Shown here: positions 8,395 through 19,883 of the stretch, piece after piece
How positions within the stretch are numbered: position 1 is the stretch's first letter
Layout: each line of letters opens with the position of its first letter
DNA from: Clostridia bacterium
GTDB taxonomy: Bacteria; Bacillota; Clostridia; Christensenellales; Aristaeellaceae
Length of the DNA: 19,883 nt
Assembly: GCA_045617125.1 (NCBI GenBank)
Contig: JAZLIA010000005.1
Coordinates: 1-19,883 of the forward strand
Direction: 5' to 3'
Position numbers and translations under genes: made by a program
The notes under the pieces: model-generated
What the model was told of the DNA's origin: nothing
Databases searched by the model: none
The model's input: only the letters and a program-made list of their open reading frames with translations

Positions 8395-9200
8395 AGCGTG
8401 TGATCACCTCCACCGGCGGCCTGATCGGGCGGGTGAACGGGCGGGATTATACCCTGCTGCGCGATGCCCTGCCGCGCATTGAGGCGGACGGCGTGGAATT
8501 TATGCTGTATGAAAGCTGGTACGGAGAGATCGGCCGGCTTACCGACTGCCTCACGTCCATTCCGGTGAAATACACCGGACTGCACGTGGAAAAGAGCCTG
8601 GGCGAAAAGCTCACCGCCGGGCAGTTTGATGAAGCGGAGCGGCTTTTTAACGTAAACTGCACCCTCGCGCGGGATCTGGGCGCCGGGCATCTGGTGCTTC
8701 ACCTGTGGAACGGCCTTTCCAGCGACAGTGCGATCGAAAACAATTTTTGCGGCTACGCACACTTAAAGCGCATGGCCGATGAGGCCGGGCTGGAGCTGAC
8801 GGTGGAAAATGTGGTGTGCAACCGGCAGGATCCTCTCACGCACATGCGGGAGCTGCTGCGACGTTACCCGGACATCCGATTTACCTATGATACCAAAATG
8901 GCTCATTTCCATCGCCAGGAGGAGGCGTTTTACGCGCCTGAATGCCGGGAGATCTGGAATCGTGTGAGCCGTTTGCACGTAAACGACCATCGCGGTGCGA
9001 AGGGAGATTTTTCCTCCCTTCGCACGCTGCAGCTGGGGGATGGAGAAGTGGACCTGGAACGCTTTTTCGATCATCTGCGTTCTGTTCGCTTTGATGGCGA
9101 CATGGTGTGTGAAGCGGTAGCCTGGGATGAACAGGGCGGAATCCATCCGGAAACCATGAACCGGTCGATGCGGTTCATACGGGAACGGCTGAACTGGTGA
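8391..9200 (+). CDS. Sugar phosphate isomerase/epimerase-like protein (xylose isomerase-like TIM barrel, AP_endonuc_2 fold)
   Basis: ATG 8391 overlaps the prfC stop as ATGA (8391..8394). Motifs typical of the family are HLVLHLW, LELTVENV (metal Glu), RLHVNDHRG and GDGEVDLERFFDHLRSVRFDGDMVCE. The substrate cannot be inferred. Confidence 0.65.
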   Translation: MKRVITSTGGLIGRVNGRDYTLLRDALPRIEADGVEFMLYESWYGEIGRLTDCLTSIPVKYTGLHVEKSLGEKLTAGQFDEAERLFNVNCTLARDLGAGHLVLHLWNGLSSDSAIENNFCGYAHLKRMADEAGLELTVENVVCNRQDPLTHMRELLRRYPDIRFTYDTKMAHFHRQEEAFYAPECREIWNRVSRLHVNDHRGAKGDFSSLRTLQLGDGEVDLERFFDHLRSVRFDGDMVCEAVAWDEQGGIHPETMNRSMRFIRERLNW

Positions 9201-9250
9201 TCTTCCTGTGTTTTTTGCAGGCTTGTGCCCAAGATGTGCCTGATGTATTC

Positions 9251-9279
9251 TTGCCTTATGTTCCGGTAAGCGTTATAAT
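9251..9279 (+). promoter_or_regulatory. Putative sigma-70 promoter for the DegV gene
   Basis: TTGCCT (9251..9256), a 17-nt spacer, then TATAAT (9274..9279). It lies about 30 nt upstream of the start codon. Confidence 0.45.
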
Positions 9280-9308
9280 GATTTCATCCCATGCAGGGGG
9301 GAATGAAT

Positions 9309-10193
9309 ATGAAGAATGATTATGTGTTTATGACCGATTCGGACAGCGATCTGCCTTACGAACTGGCGGATGAATGGGGCATTCCCGTTGTAAAAATGCC
9401 CTATGTGCTGGATGGGGCGGAATACTTGGACGAAAATGGCCGGGAGGGCGTGGAAAAGCAGCGGCTGCTGTTTCAGCGTATGCGCGAGGGCTCTGCTCCC
9501 AGCACCAGCCAGCTGCCTACCGAGGCATATCTGGAATATTTTGAACCCATTTTGAAGGAAAGGGATCTGCTTTTCATTTCCTTCTCTTCCAAAATGAGCA
9601 GCACGCTCAATAACGTGAGAGAAGCCAGGGAACAGCTTCTTCAGAAATATCCTGGCCGTAAATTCAGGATTGTGGATACGATGAGCATTTCCGCTCCGAT
9701 GACGCTGCTGCTTTGCCGGGCTCATGAATTGTATGAGCAGGGAGCTTCCATGGATGAGGTGGCCGAATGGGTGGAAAAGAACCGTTTCCGTGCCCATGGC
9801 TGGTTTACGGTGGATGATCTGGTATATCTCAGGCGCGGCGGGCGCATCACGCCAACCAGTGCGGTGTTTGGAACGCTGCTGGATATCAAGCCCATTCTCT
9901 GCGAGGGACTCAGCGGAAAGATCGATGCGGCTGAAAAGGTGCAGGGCAGGCGCAAGGCCCTGCGGGTGCTGGTGGACAAGGTTGAAAAGTATATCGAGCA
10001 TCCGGAGGATCAGGAGCTGATCGTGGTCCATGCCGACTGTATCGGTGAAGCCGAACGCCTGGCTGCGATGGTGAAGGAGAGGATCCCGGCGATCAGATCG
10101 GTCCGGATCAGGATGGTCGGCCCGGTGATCGGGGCTCATTGCGGACCGGGCACCCTGGCCTGCTGCTTTATGGGAAAAGAACGGGATATATGA
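9309..10193 (+). CDS. DegV family protein (fatty-acid-binding)
   Basis: VFMTDSDSDLPYEL ... IPVVKMPYVLDG ... PSTSQLP ... ISFSSKMSSTLNN ... FRIVDTMSIS follows the DegV consensus (TDSxxDLP, TSQPS-like, SSxLSGT-like). In-frame ATGs occur at 9291, 9303 and 9309. The G-rich RBS (9295..9301) is best spaced, at 7 nt, for 9309. Confidence 0.85.
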   Translation: MKNDYVFMTDSDSDLPYELADEWGIPVVKMPYVLDGAEYLDENGREGVEKQRLLFQRMREGSAPSTSQLPTEAYLEYFEPILKERDLLFISFSSKMSSTLNNVREAREQLLQKYPGRKFRIVDTMSISAPMTLLLCRAHELYEQGASMDEVAEWVEKNRFRAHGWFTVDDLVYLRRGGRITPTSAVFGTLLDIKPILCEGLSGKIDAAEKVQGRRKALRVLVDKVEKYIEHPEDQELIVVHADCIGEAERLAAMVKERIPAIRSVRIRMVGPVIGAHCGPGTLACCFMGKERDI

Positions 10194-10307
10194 AAACAGA
10201 CGAAATGTAACAAGCCTGTAAACGGGAAAAAGATCCCATGCCCGGTATAGGATGTTTCGGTCGGATAAACGATCAGCGGAATACCCCAAAGACGGAGGAA
10301 TTGGATA

Positions 10308-11138
10308 ATGAGTGTTGTAAAACGTGTGGTGTTGATTGCTTTGGTGTCGGTTTTGCTGTCTGCTGCTTTTGCGTGCGCGGAAACGGTTGAAGCGCAGGAG
10401 CCTTTCCTGCCCGGGCTCATCACAAAAAACATGGAGCATTACAGAAAAGAGGAACTGACGAATCTGGACCGTCTGGAATATCAGATCGCGGCGTATGTTG
10501 CAGATACCGATGAACTGCCGGATGTGGATATCTATCAGTTTTCTGACAGCCATACTTTTGAAGAATATGCCAAGTTGGAATCCGGCATCTATGGGGCCCC
10601 GTATTATGTGATGGACATGACCAACGGTAAAGCCGCAAGCTATGTTTCCGCAGAGCTCTTTGATGATATTTGGTATCTGGTCAGGAACACGATCACGGAG
10701 CGGGATGACATGCTTTACGAGGTATGCACGTATTTTAAAACCCGGCAGATCACACTGCCCGGTTCCTCCCGCACGGTGTTTCTTCCTGCCAGCTTCACAG
10801 AAGCGAAAGCTGAACAGGCGGATGAGGGGACCGTTTACCTGGGCCTGAACGAGTTTTCAGACAATGTAAATGATCCGTATCGGATCGAAACCTTCAATTA
10901 TGATCATATGCGGTCCAGGCAGCTGGTTGAAAAACTGATAACGGGGCACGGACTGGAAGCTGAAGAAGTTACGCTTTGCGGATTTAATTACTTTGTACTC
11001 TATGGCAATGTCGGAGAAGAAAACGGTTACACAAAAACGTACATTTTCAATGGAGATAAAGGCGCTGTCGGGATCAGTTTCCTGTACAGAACTGAACCGA
11101 ATGGCTTTGATCTGGCTGTGATGAATACCGCCAGATAA
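10308..11138 (+). CDS. Secreted hypothetical protein with an N-terminal signal peptide and no domain I recognise
   Basis: ATG 10308 has GGAGGAA 7 nt upstream. The N-terminus MSVVKRVVLIALVSVLLSAAFA|CAE has a basic n-region, a hydrophobic core and an A-x-A cleavage motif. An atypical lipobox AFAC is also possible. The 276-aa frame is uninterrupted. Confidence 0.7.
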   Translation: MSVVKRVVLIALVSVLLSAAFACAETVEAQEPFLPGLITKNMEHYRKEELTNLDRLEYQIAAYVADTDELPDVDIYQFSDSHTFEEYAKLESGIYGAPYYVMDMTNGKAASYVSAELFDDIWYLVRNTITERDDMLYEVCTYFKTRQITLPGSSRTVFLPASFTEAKAEQADEGTVYLGLNEFSDNVNDPYRIETFNYDHMRSRQLVEKLITGHGLEAEEVTLCGFNYFVLYGNVGEENGYTKTYIFNGDKGAVGISFLYRTEPNGFDLAVMNTAR

Positions 11139-11175
11139 TATTAAACTCATTTAGTATAAGATGAAGCAAAATAAT

Positions 11176-11210
11176 AGGCCTGATCATACGGATCAGGCTT
11201 TTTATTTTGC
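11176..11210. terminator. Bidirectional Rho-independent terminator between convergent genes
   Basis: AGGCCTGATC (11176..11185) pairs with GATCAGGCTT (11191..11200) as a 10-bp stem with one G:U pair and a 5-nt loop. An A-run (AAAATAAT) lies upstream and TTTTTATTTT downstream, so a U-tract is available in both orientations. Confidence 0.7.
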
Positions 11211-11264
11211 TTTGACCCCTGTGTCTTTTCAGGGTGTAACGGTATTTCTGAATGCGACCGCGGG

Positions 11265-11843
11265 TCATGGGATATTCAGCCCCGGTATCAGCAGCCCAGA
11301 CAGCACGCCCAGCACGGCGGAGCCCAAAATGATCACAATGGGGTGCAGCTTTTTGAAGGAAGCAGTGACGGCCAGGGCAAAGATCACGAGAGAAACGAGA
11401 AATGTCGGGGTGATCAGCACGGAAAGCGTGATCTGCTGCGGGAAAAACACGGTTTGGCCGATCGAGAGCAGCGCTGCCGCGATCAAGCCCACCACAGCGG
11501 GCTTCAAGCCCTTCATCATTCCGGAGATGACCGTGCTTTTGCGGAAGCGGTCATATACTCTGGCAACAATGAGGATCACGATGAAGGAAGGAAGCACTAC
11601 GCCCAATGTGCATATTACGGAGCCGGGGATGCCGGTGGTCACCTTTCCCACATAGGTGGCGATGTTGATCGCAAAGGGACCGGGAGTGCTTTCTGATATG
11701 GCGATAAAGTTGACAAGCTCTTCCTGGGCGAGCCAGCCGTGGTTTACCACTTCCTCTCTGATCATCGGGATCATCGCGTAGCCGCCGCCGAAGGTGAACA
11801 GCCCGATTTTGAAAAAGGTAAAAAACAGATCAAGCAGCAGCAT
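11265..11843 (-). CDS. Chromate transporter (CHR family), short-chain half, downstream member of a pair
   Basis: FKIGLFTFGGGYAMIPMIREEVV is the CHR signature. The protein is 192 aa and polytopic hydrophobic. ATG 11843 overlaps the 3' end of the upstream paralogue by 14 nt. Confidence 0.85.
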   Translation of the reverse strand: MLLLDLFFTFFKIGLFTFGGGYAMIPMIREEVVNHGWLAQEELVNFIAISESTPGPFAINIATYVGKVTTGIPGSVICTLGVVLPSFIVILIVARVYDRFRKSTVISGMMKGLKPAVVGLIAAALLSIGQTVFFPQQITLSVLITPTFLVSLVIFALAVTASFKKLHPIVIILGSAVLGVLSGLLIPGLNIP

Positions 11844-12432
11844 GTTTGTTTTCCCTCCTGTTCTTTTCGATCAGGGCGGCGGTGAGCCCCACCGCGGCGC
11901 ACAGGATCAGGGTGAGAATGGTGCTTATTTTCAGCACGGCGGTCAGGATGAGGGCGCCCGCAGCCAGAAGGCAGGGAAGCGTTTGCCGGGGCAGTTTCTT
12001 CACCAGCCCCCAAAGGGCTTTGAAGATCATGGCCAGCACGCCTGCGCGGATGCCGAAAAAGGCAAACTGAACATAACGGTTATCCTTCACCGCTTCCAGA
12101 ATGGAGGAAAGCAGCGATATCACCAGGAAAGAAGGCAGCACCACGCCCAGCGTGGCACTGGCGGCGCCTAAGAAACCTGCGGTGCGAAAGCCAATGAAGG
12201 TGGCGCTGTTGATCGCAATGGGGCCGGGCGTGGATTCTGCAATGGCCAGGATTTCCGTGAGGTCATCGTCGGTGATCCAGTGGTTCTTTTCCCCGGCTTC
12301 CCGCTGGATGAGCGGGATCATCGCGTAACCGCCGCCAAAGGTGAAAAGGCCGATCTTGAAAAAGCTGCTGAACAGCCGAAGGCATTCGCTGCCTTTGAAA
12401 TGTTTCGTATTTTTTTCTGTCATTTTCTGCAT
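11830..12432 (-). CDS. Chromate transporter (CHR family), short-chain half, upstream member of a pair
   Basis: FKIGLFTFGGGYAMIPLIQRE is the CHR signature. The protein is 200 aa and hydrophobic. ATG is at 12432, with a second in-frame ATG at 12423. Only a weak GGAA RBS is present. Confidence 0.85.
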   Translation of the reverse strand: MQKMTEKNTKHFKGSECLRLFSSFFKIGLFTFGGGYAMIPLIQREAGEKNHWITDDDLTEILAIAESTPGPIAINSATFIGFRTAGFLGAASATLGVVLPSFLVISLLSSILEAVKDNRYVQFAFFGIRAGVLAMIFKALWGLVKKLPRQTLPCLLAAGALILTAVLKISTILTLILCAAVGLTAALIEKNRRENKHAAA

Positions 12433-12460
12433 CTTAGTTCCGGTTCATTCTGCCGGATCC

Positions 12461-12495
12461 ATAAAGGGGGCCGCAAAAGTATTTTGCGGCCCCTT
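12461..12495 (-). terminator. Hairpin terminator immediately downstream of rpoC, with a weak U-tract
   Basis: On the minus strand, GGGGCCGCAAAA, loop UAC, then UUUUGCGGCCCC form a 12-bp stem (12467..12478 pairs with 12482..12493). CUUUAUGG follows. Confidence 0.6.
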
Positions 12496-12503
12496 GTAGT
12501 TGA

Positions 12504-16061
<3,558 letters not shown>

Positions 16062-16098
16062 TGATTGCACCTCTCTTGTGAACGTTGGTACGGCCTGA

Positions 16099-16138
16099 GG
16101 CGTTCCCTCCCGGCTTCACATGCAGGGAAGGAAACGCC
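16099..16138 (-). other. Stable hairpin in the rpoB-rpoC intercistronic spacer (possible processing or stability element)
   Basis: The minus-strand RNA reads GGCGUUUCCUUCC, a 14-nt loop, then GGGAGGGAACGCC. This gives about 13 pairs including G:U pairs. No U-tract follows, so it does not look like a terminator. Confidence 0.35.
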
Positions 16139-16154
16139 GCTTAGCCTGTCCCGA

Positions 16155-19100
16155 TTACAGGTCATCATCGTCAAGGGCAATATCATCCTTGTCGAAATCG
16201 CCGAAGTCGTCATCCAGGCTGATGTCATCTTCCGGTATCTCCATATCGTCGATGTCACCGATATCCTCATCCGGGAGAAGCTCTTCTGCTTCTTCGCTTT
16301 CTCCTCCGGGCAGTTCACCCAGACGCTCAGTGGGAACGGAAGGCTCGGTCTCATCCTCGTCATCCAGTTCCTTGATCTCGATCTCGTTCTTATTTTCATC
16401 CAGCACCCGGATATCCAGTGCCAGGGCCTGCAGTTCCTTGATAAGCACCTTGAAGCTTTCGGGAACGCCGGGGGCGGGGATATTCTGGCCTTTGATAATG
16501 GATTCGTAGGTTTTCACGCGGCCCACCACATCGTCGGATTTGACGGTGAGGATTTCCTGCAGCGTGTTTGCGGCGCCGTAGGCTTCCAACGCCCACACCT
16601 CCATTTCTCCGAAGCGCTGGCCGCCGAACTGGGCCTTGCCGCCCAGAGGCTGCTGCGTCACCAGAGAGTAGGGGCCGGTGGAGCGGGCATGCATCTTGTC
16701 GTCCACCAGATGGTGCAGCTTCAGGAAGTACATGATGCCCACGGTGACTGGGTTCTCAAACAGGTCGCCGGTGCGGCCGTCGCGCAGCTGGATTTTGCCG
16801 TTCTCCTGCAGGCAGGCCTTTTTGCCTTCCTCGGTTTCACCGGCCATGCGCAGGCACTCGCGGATGTCTTCCTGGCTGGCTCCATCAAACACGGGCGTTG
16901 CGATATGCCAGCCCAGGGTGCGGGCGGCGATGCCCAAATGCACTTCCAGCACCTGACCGATGTTCATACGGGAGGGCACGCCCAGGGGGTTCAATACGAT
17001 ATCCAGCGGGGTGCCGTCGGGCAGGAAGGGCATATCCTCTTCGCGCATGATGCGGGACACAACGCCCTTGTTGCCGTGGCGTCCGCTCATCTTGTCGCCC
17101 ACGCTGATCTTTCTCTTCTGCGCGATGTAAACGCGCACCATCATGTTCACGCCGGGCGAAAGCTCGTCTTTATTTTCGCGGGTGAAGATCTTCACGTCCA
17201 CGATGATGCCGCCTTCGCCGTGAGGCACCTTCAGGGAAGTGTCGCGCACTTCGCGGGCCTTCTCGCCGAAGATGGCGCGAAGCAGACGCTCTTCCGCGGT
17301 CAGCTCAGTCTCGCCCTTGGGGGTCACCTTGCCGACCAGGATATCACCGCTGCGAACCTCTGCGCCGATGCGGATGATGCCCATTTCATCCAGGTCCTTC
17401 ACCGCATCCTCGCCAACGTTGGGAATGTCCCTCGTGATCTCCTCGGGCCCCAGCTTGGTCTCGCGTGCTTCGGTTTCGAATTCTTCAATATGAATGGAGG
17501 TGTATTTATCTTCTTTTACCAGACGTTCGCTGATGAGGACGGCGTCTTCATAGTTGTAGCCTTCCCAGGTCATGAAGCCGATGAGCATGTTGCGGCCCAG
17601 GCCGATCTCACCGTTTTCAGTGGAGGGGCCGTCAGCCAGCAGGTCGCCCACTTCCACACGCTGGCCCCGGTTCACGCGGGGACGCTGATTGATGCAGGTG
17701 CCCTGGTTGCTGCGGGCAAACTTGGTAAGGCGGTACAGATGCTTTTCGCCCAGGTCATCCTTGATGATCAGCTGGTCGGCATCCACGGTATCTACCACGC
17801 CGGCGTGCTTGGAAAGCAGCACCACGCCGCTGTCATGAGCAGCACGGTATTCCATTCCGGTGCCCACAATGGGAGCCTCGGGCACCAGCAGAGGCACAGC
17901 CTGGCGCTGCATGTTGGAACCCATCAGCGCGCGGTTGGCGTCATCGTTTTCCAGGAAGGGGATCATGGCGGTGGCTACGGAGACCATCTGCTTGGGGCTC
18001 ACGTCGATGAAATCCACCTCGTTTGCGGGAATGGATATGATCTCATCGCGCCAGCGCACCTTGATGTTGTCGTGAACGAACATCTTGTTCTCGTCCACGG
18101 GCTCCTTGGCCATGCCGATCTTGTATTTATCTTCTTCATCGGCAGTCATGTAGATGATCTCGTCGGTCACCTGCTTCTTTTCGCGGTCCACTTTGCGGTA
18201 GGGAGCCTCGATGAAGCCGTATTCGTTGATGCGGGCGTAGGTGGCCAGAGAACCGATCAAACCGATGTTGGGTCCTTCAGGCGTTTCAATGGGGCAGATG
18301 CGGCTGTAGTGGCTGTAGTGCACGTCGCGCACTTCCATGCTCGCACGGTCGCGGTTGAGGCCGCCGGGGCCCAGAGCACTCAGACGGCGCTTATGGGTCA
18401 GCTCAGCTAGGGGGTTGGGCTGGTCCATGAACTGGCTAAGCTGGCTGCTGCCGAAAAATTCCTTGATCGCGGCGCTCACGGGGCGGATGTTGATCAGGTC
18501 GCCGGGCTTGACGTCGTTGCTGTCCTGCACGGCCATGCGCTCGCGCACCACGCGTTCCAGACGGCTCATGCCGATGCGCACCTGGTTCTGCAGCAATTCG
18601 CCCACACTGCGCAGGCGGCGGTTGCCCAGATGGTCGATATCATCCAGCGTGCCGATTCCGTAGGGCAGGCCCAGCAGATAGCTTACGGAGGCAACGATAT
18701 CGTCGATAATGATGTGCTTGGGCATCAGCTGATGCACGTTTTCGCTCACTACGCGGAACAGGTCTTCCTCGGGCACTCCTTCGATCACCCTGAGCAGGGT
18801 GGGAAGGTGCACCATTTCCAACAGTCCGGCCTCTTTGGGGTCAAAGGGCAGGTAGGCGGAGGCGTCCACGAAGTTGTTGCCCACCACCTTGTGAGGTTCG
18901 TCATCATTGCCCATAATGAACATGGTGTTGACACCGGCGTTCTGGATGGCTTTTGCGGTGTCCTCACTGATCACCTGGTCCTTTGCCGCCATCACCTCAC
19001 CGGTTTTCGGGTCCAGAATATCTTCTGCTGCGACCTTTCCGGCGATACGGGCGGCGATGCCCAACTTTTTGTTGTATTTATAGCGGCCCACGCGCATTAA

Positions 19101-19883
19101 ATCGTAGCGCTTGGGGTCGAAGAACAGGCTGCGCAGCAGGCTGATGGCGCCGTCCTCCGTGGGAGGCTCGCCGGGCTTTTGCCGTTTGTAGATCTCAAGC
19201 AGAGCACTGGACGTGTTCTTGGTGCTGTCGGCGTGTTCGATGGTGGCCATCAGGCGCTCATCCTCGCCCAGGAGCTCTGTGATCTGCAGGTCGGTCCCGT
19301 AGCCCAGAGCACGCAGCAGCACGGTCACAGGAAGCTTGCGGGCACGGTCGATACGCACCCAGAGGCCGTCGTTCGCATCGGTCTCATATTCCAGCCACGC
19401 GCCGCGGTTGGGGATCACCTGACTGCTGAACAGCTGTTTCCCGCTCTTGTCGATCACCATGTCGTAGTAGGCGCCGGGAGAACGTACCAGCTGGCTTACG
19501 ATCACGCGCTCCGCACCGTTGATGATGAAGGTGCCATGCTCGGTCATGAGCGGGAACTCGCCCATGAACACTTCGCTTTCCTTGATCTCGCCGGTCTCAC
19601 GGTTCTTCAGGCGAACGAACACCTTGAGCGGAGCGGAATAGGTAAGGTCTCTTTCCCGGCAGCGTTCCACGGTGTTCTTGGGTTTGTCATCCAGTGTGTA
19701 GTCAACGAATTCCAGCACCAGATTCTCGCTGTAATCCGTGATGGGGCTGACGTCGGCCAGAACCTCTTTCAGATCTTCTTTCAGAAATTTGATATAGCTG
19801 TTTTTCTGAACCTCGATCAGGTTCGGCATTTCCAGCACCTCATTGATGCGGGAGAAGCTCATCCTCTTGCGCAGCTTCCCCAT
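16155..19883 (-). CDS. rpoB: DNA-directed RNA polymerase subunit beta
   Basis: [30 protein letters not shown] aligns with RpoB N-termini. Conserved blocks include [46 protein letters not shown] and [12 protein letters not shown]. The ATG occupies the last three bases of the window (19883..19881), so an upstream extension cannot be excluded. The stop is TAA at 16157..16155. The C-terminus is a long acidic tail. Confidence 0.97.
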   Translation of the reverse strand: MGKLRKRMSFSRINEVLEMPNLIEVQKNSYIKFLKEDLKEVLADVSPITDYSENLVLEFVDYTLDDKPKNTVERCRERDLTYSAPLKVFVRLKNRETGEIKESEVFMGEFPLMTEHGTFIINGAERVIVSQLVRSPGAYYDMVIDKSGKQLFSSQVIPNRGAWLEYETDANDGLWVRIDRARKLPVTVLLRALGYGTDLQITELLGEDERLMATIEHADSTKNTSSALLEIYKRQKPGEPPTEDGAISLLRSLFFDPKRYDLMRVGRYKYNKKLGIAARIAGKVAAEDILDPKTGEVMAAKDQVISEDTAKAIQNAGVNTMFIMGNDDEPHKVVGNNFVDASAYLPFDPKEAGLLEMVHLPTLLRVIEGVPEEDLFRVVSENVHQLMPKHIIIDDIVASVSYLLGLPYGIGTLDDIDHLGNRRLRSVGELLQNQVRIGMSRLERVVRERMAVQDSNDVKPGDLINIRPVSAAIKEFFGSSQLSQFMDQPNPLAELTHKRRLSALGPGGLNRDRASMEVRDVHYSHYSRICPIETPEGPNIGLIGSLATYARINEYGFIEAPYRKVDREKKQVTDEIIYMTADEEDKYKIGMAKEPVDENKMFVHDNIKVRWRDEIISIPANEVDFIDVSPKQMVSVATAMIPFLENDDANRALMGSNMQRQAVPLLVPEAPIVGTGMEYRAAHDSGVVLLSKHAGVVDTVDADQLIIKDDLGEKHLYRLTKFARSNQGTCINQRPRVNRGQRVEVGDLLADGPSTENGEIGLGRNMLIGFMTWEGYNYEDAVLISERLVKEDKYTSIHIEEFETEARETKLGPEEITRDIPNVGEDAVKDLDEMGIIRIGAEVRSGDILVGKVTPKGETELTAEERLLRAIFGEKAREVRDTSLKVPHGEGGIIVDVKIFTRENKDELSPGVNMMVRVYIAQKRKISVGDKMSGRHGNKGVVSRIMREEDMPFLPDGTPLDIVLNPLGVPSRMNIGQVLEVHLGIAARTLGWHIATPVFDGASQEDIRECLRMAGETEEGKKACLQENGKIQLRDGRTGDLFENPVTVGIMYFLKLHHLVDDKMHARSTGPYSLVTQQPLGGKAQFGGQRFGEMEVWALEAYGAANTLQEILTVKSDDVVGRVKTYESIIKGQNIPAPGVPESFKVLIKELQALALDIRVLDENKNEIEIKELDDEDETEPSVPTERLGELPGGESEEAEELLPDEDIGDIDDMEIPEDDISLDDDFGDFDKDDIALDDDDL

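Noticed and set aside
10238-10390. 50-aa Cys-rich small ORF (MPGIGCFGRINDQRNTPKTEELDNECCKTCGVDCFGVGFAVCCFCVRGNG, 8 Cys) that superficially resembles a RiPP or bacteriocin precursor
   Set aside because: It is an alternative frame of the RBS and signal-peptide region of the 10308 gene, where GTG/TTG/CTG-rich hydrophobic codons shift into TGT/TGC. It has no convincing RBS, and no radical-SAM enzyme, other maturase or export gene occurs in the window. Only peptide or Ribo-seq evidence would revive it.
11161-11655. 164-aa plus-strand ORF overlapping the downstream CHR gene, not in codon register
   Set aside because: It runs straight through the bidirectional terminator hairpin at 11176..11210. 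It has no RBS and a Ser/Thr/Pro/Gly-rich composition. The opposite strand encodes a clear CHR transporter.
16062-16070. GTG-initiated 3-codon extension of rpoC
   Set aside because: ATG 16061 gives the canonical MFEL... N-terminus and has GAGAGGTG at the proper spacing.
16065-18410. 781-aa plus-strand ORF antisense to the 3' two-thirds of rpoB
   Set aside because: This is the same in-register antisense artefact. It begins at TTG directly after the single stop in the rpoB-rpoC spacer.

Overview
This window looks like ordinary chromosomal, mostly housekeeping DNA from a moderately GC-rich Firmicutes/Clostridia-type genome. That origin is inferred from the protein families, GGAGG-type ribosome-binding sites (RBS) and hairpin-plus-T-tract terminators. 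I support 13 coding regions. On the minus strand at the left edge: a partial AlbA_2-like fragment, a DUF1801 protein and a type I L-asparaginase. On the plus strand: a 1000-aa hybrid sensor histidine kinase/response regulator, a DUF4091/GH123-like protein, peptide chain release factor 3 (prfC), a xylose-isomerase-like TIM-barrel protein, a DegV protein and an orphan secreted protein. On the minus strand at the right: a split pair of short-chain chromate (CHR) transporters, then rpoC and rpoB, with rpoB starting exactly at the window edge. I also call three intrinsic terminators, four sigma-70-like promoters and one intercistronic hairpin. I saw no rRNA, tRNA, CRISPR array, transposase, integrase or phage gene. 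I found no convincing evidence for a new multi-gene system, so the findings are modest second-look items. They are: the CHR pair placed directly behind the rpoC terminator where the str operon normally sits; an orphan hybrid kinase tightly linked to a cytoplasmic GH123-like gene; a hyperacidic RpoB tail; an AlbA_2-like gene that loses similarity at the DUF1801 stop codon; a prfC/TIM-barrel ATGA overlap; and total avoidance of TTA/CTA/TCA codons. That codon avoidance explains every very long antisense ORF in the track. All family assignments come from motif recognition by eye. No database search was run.
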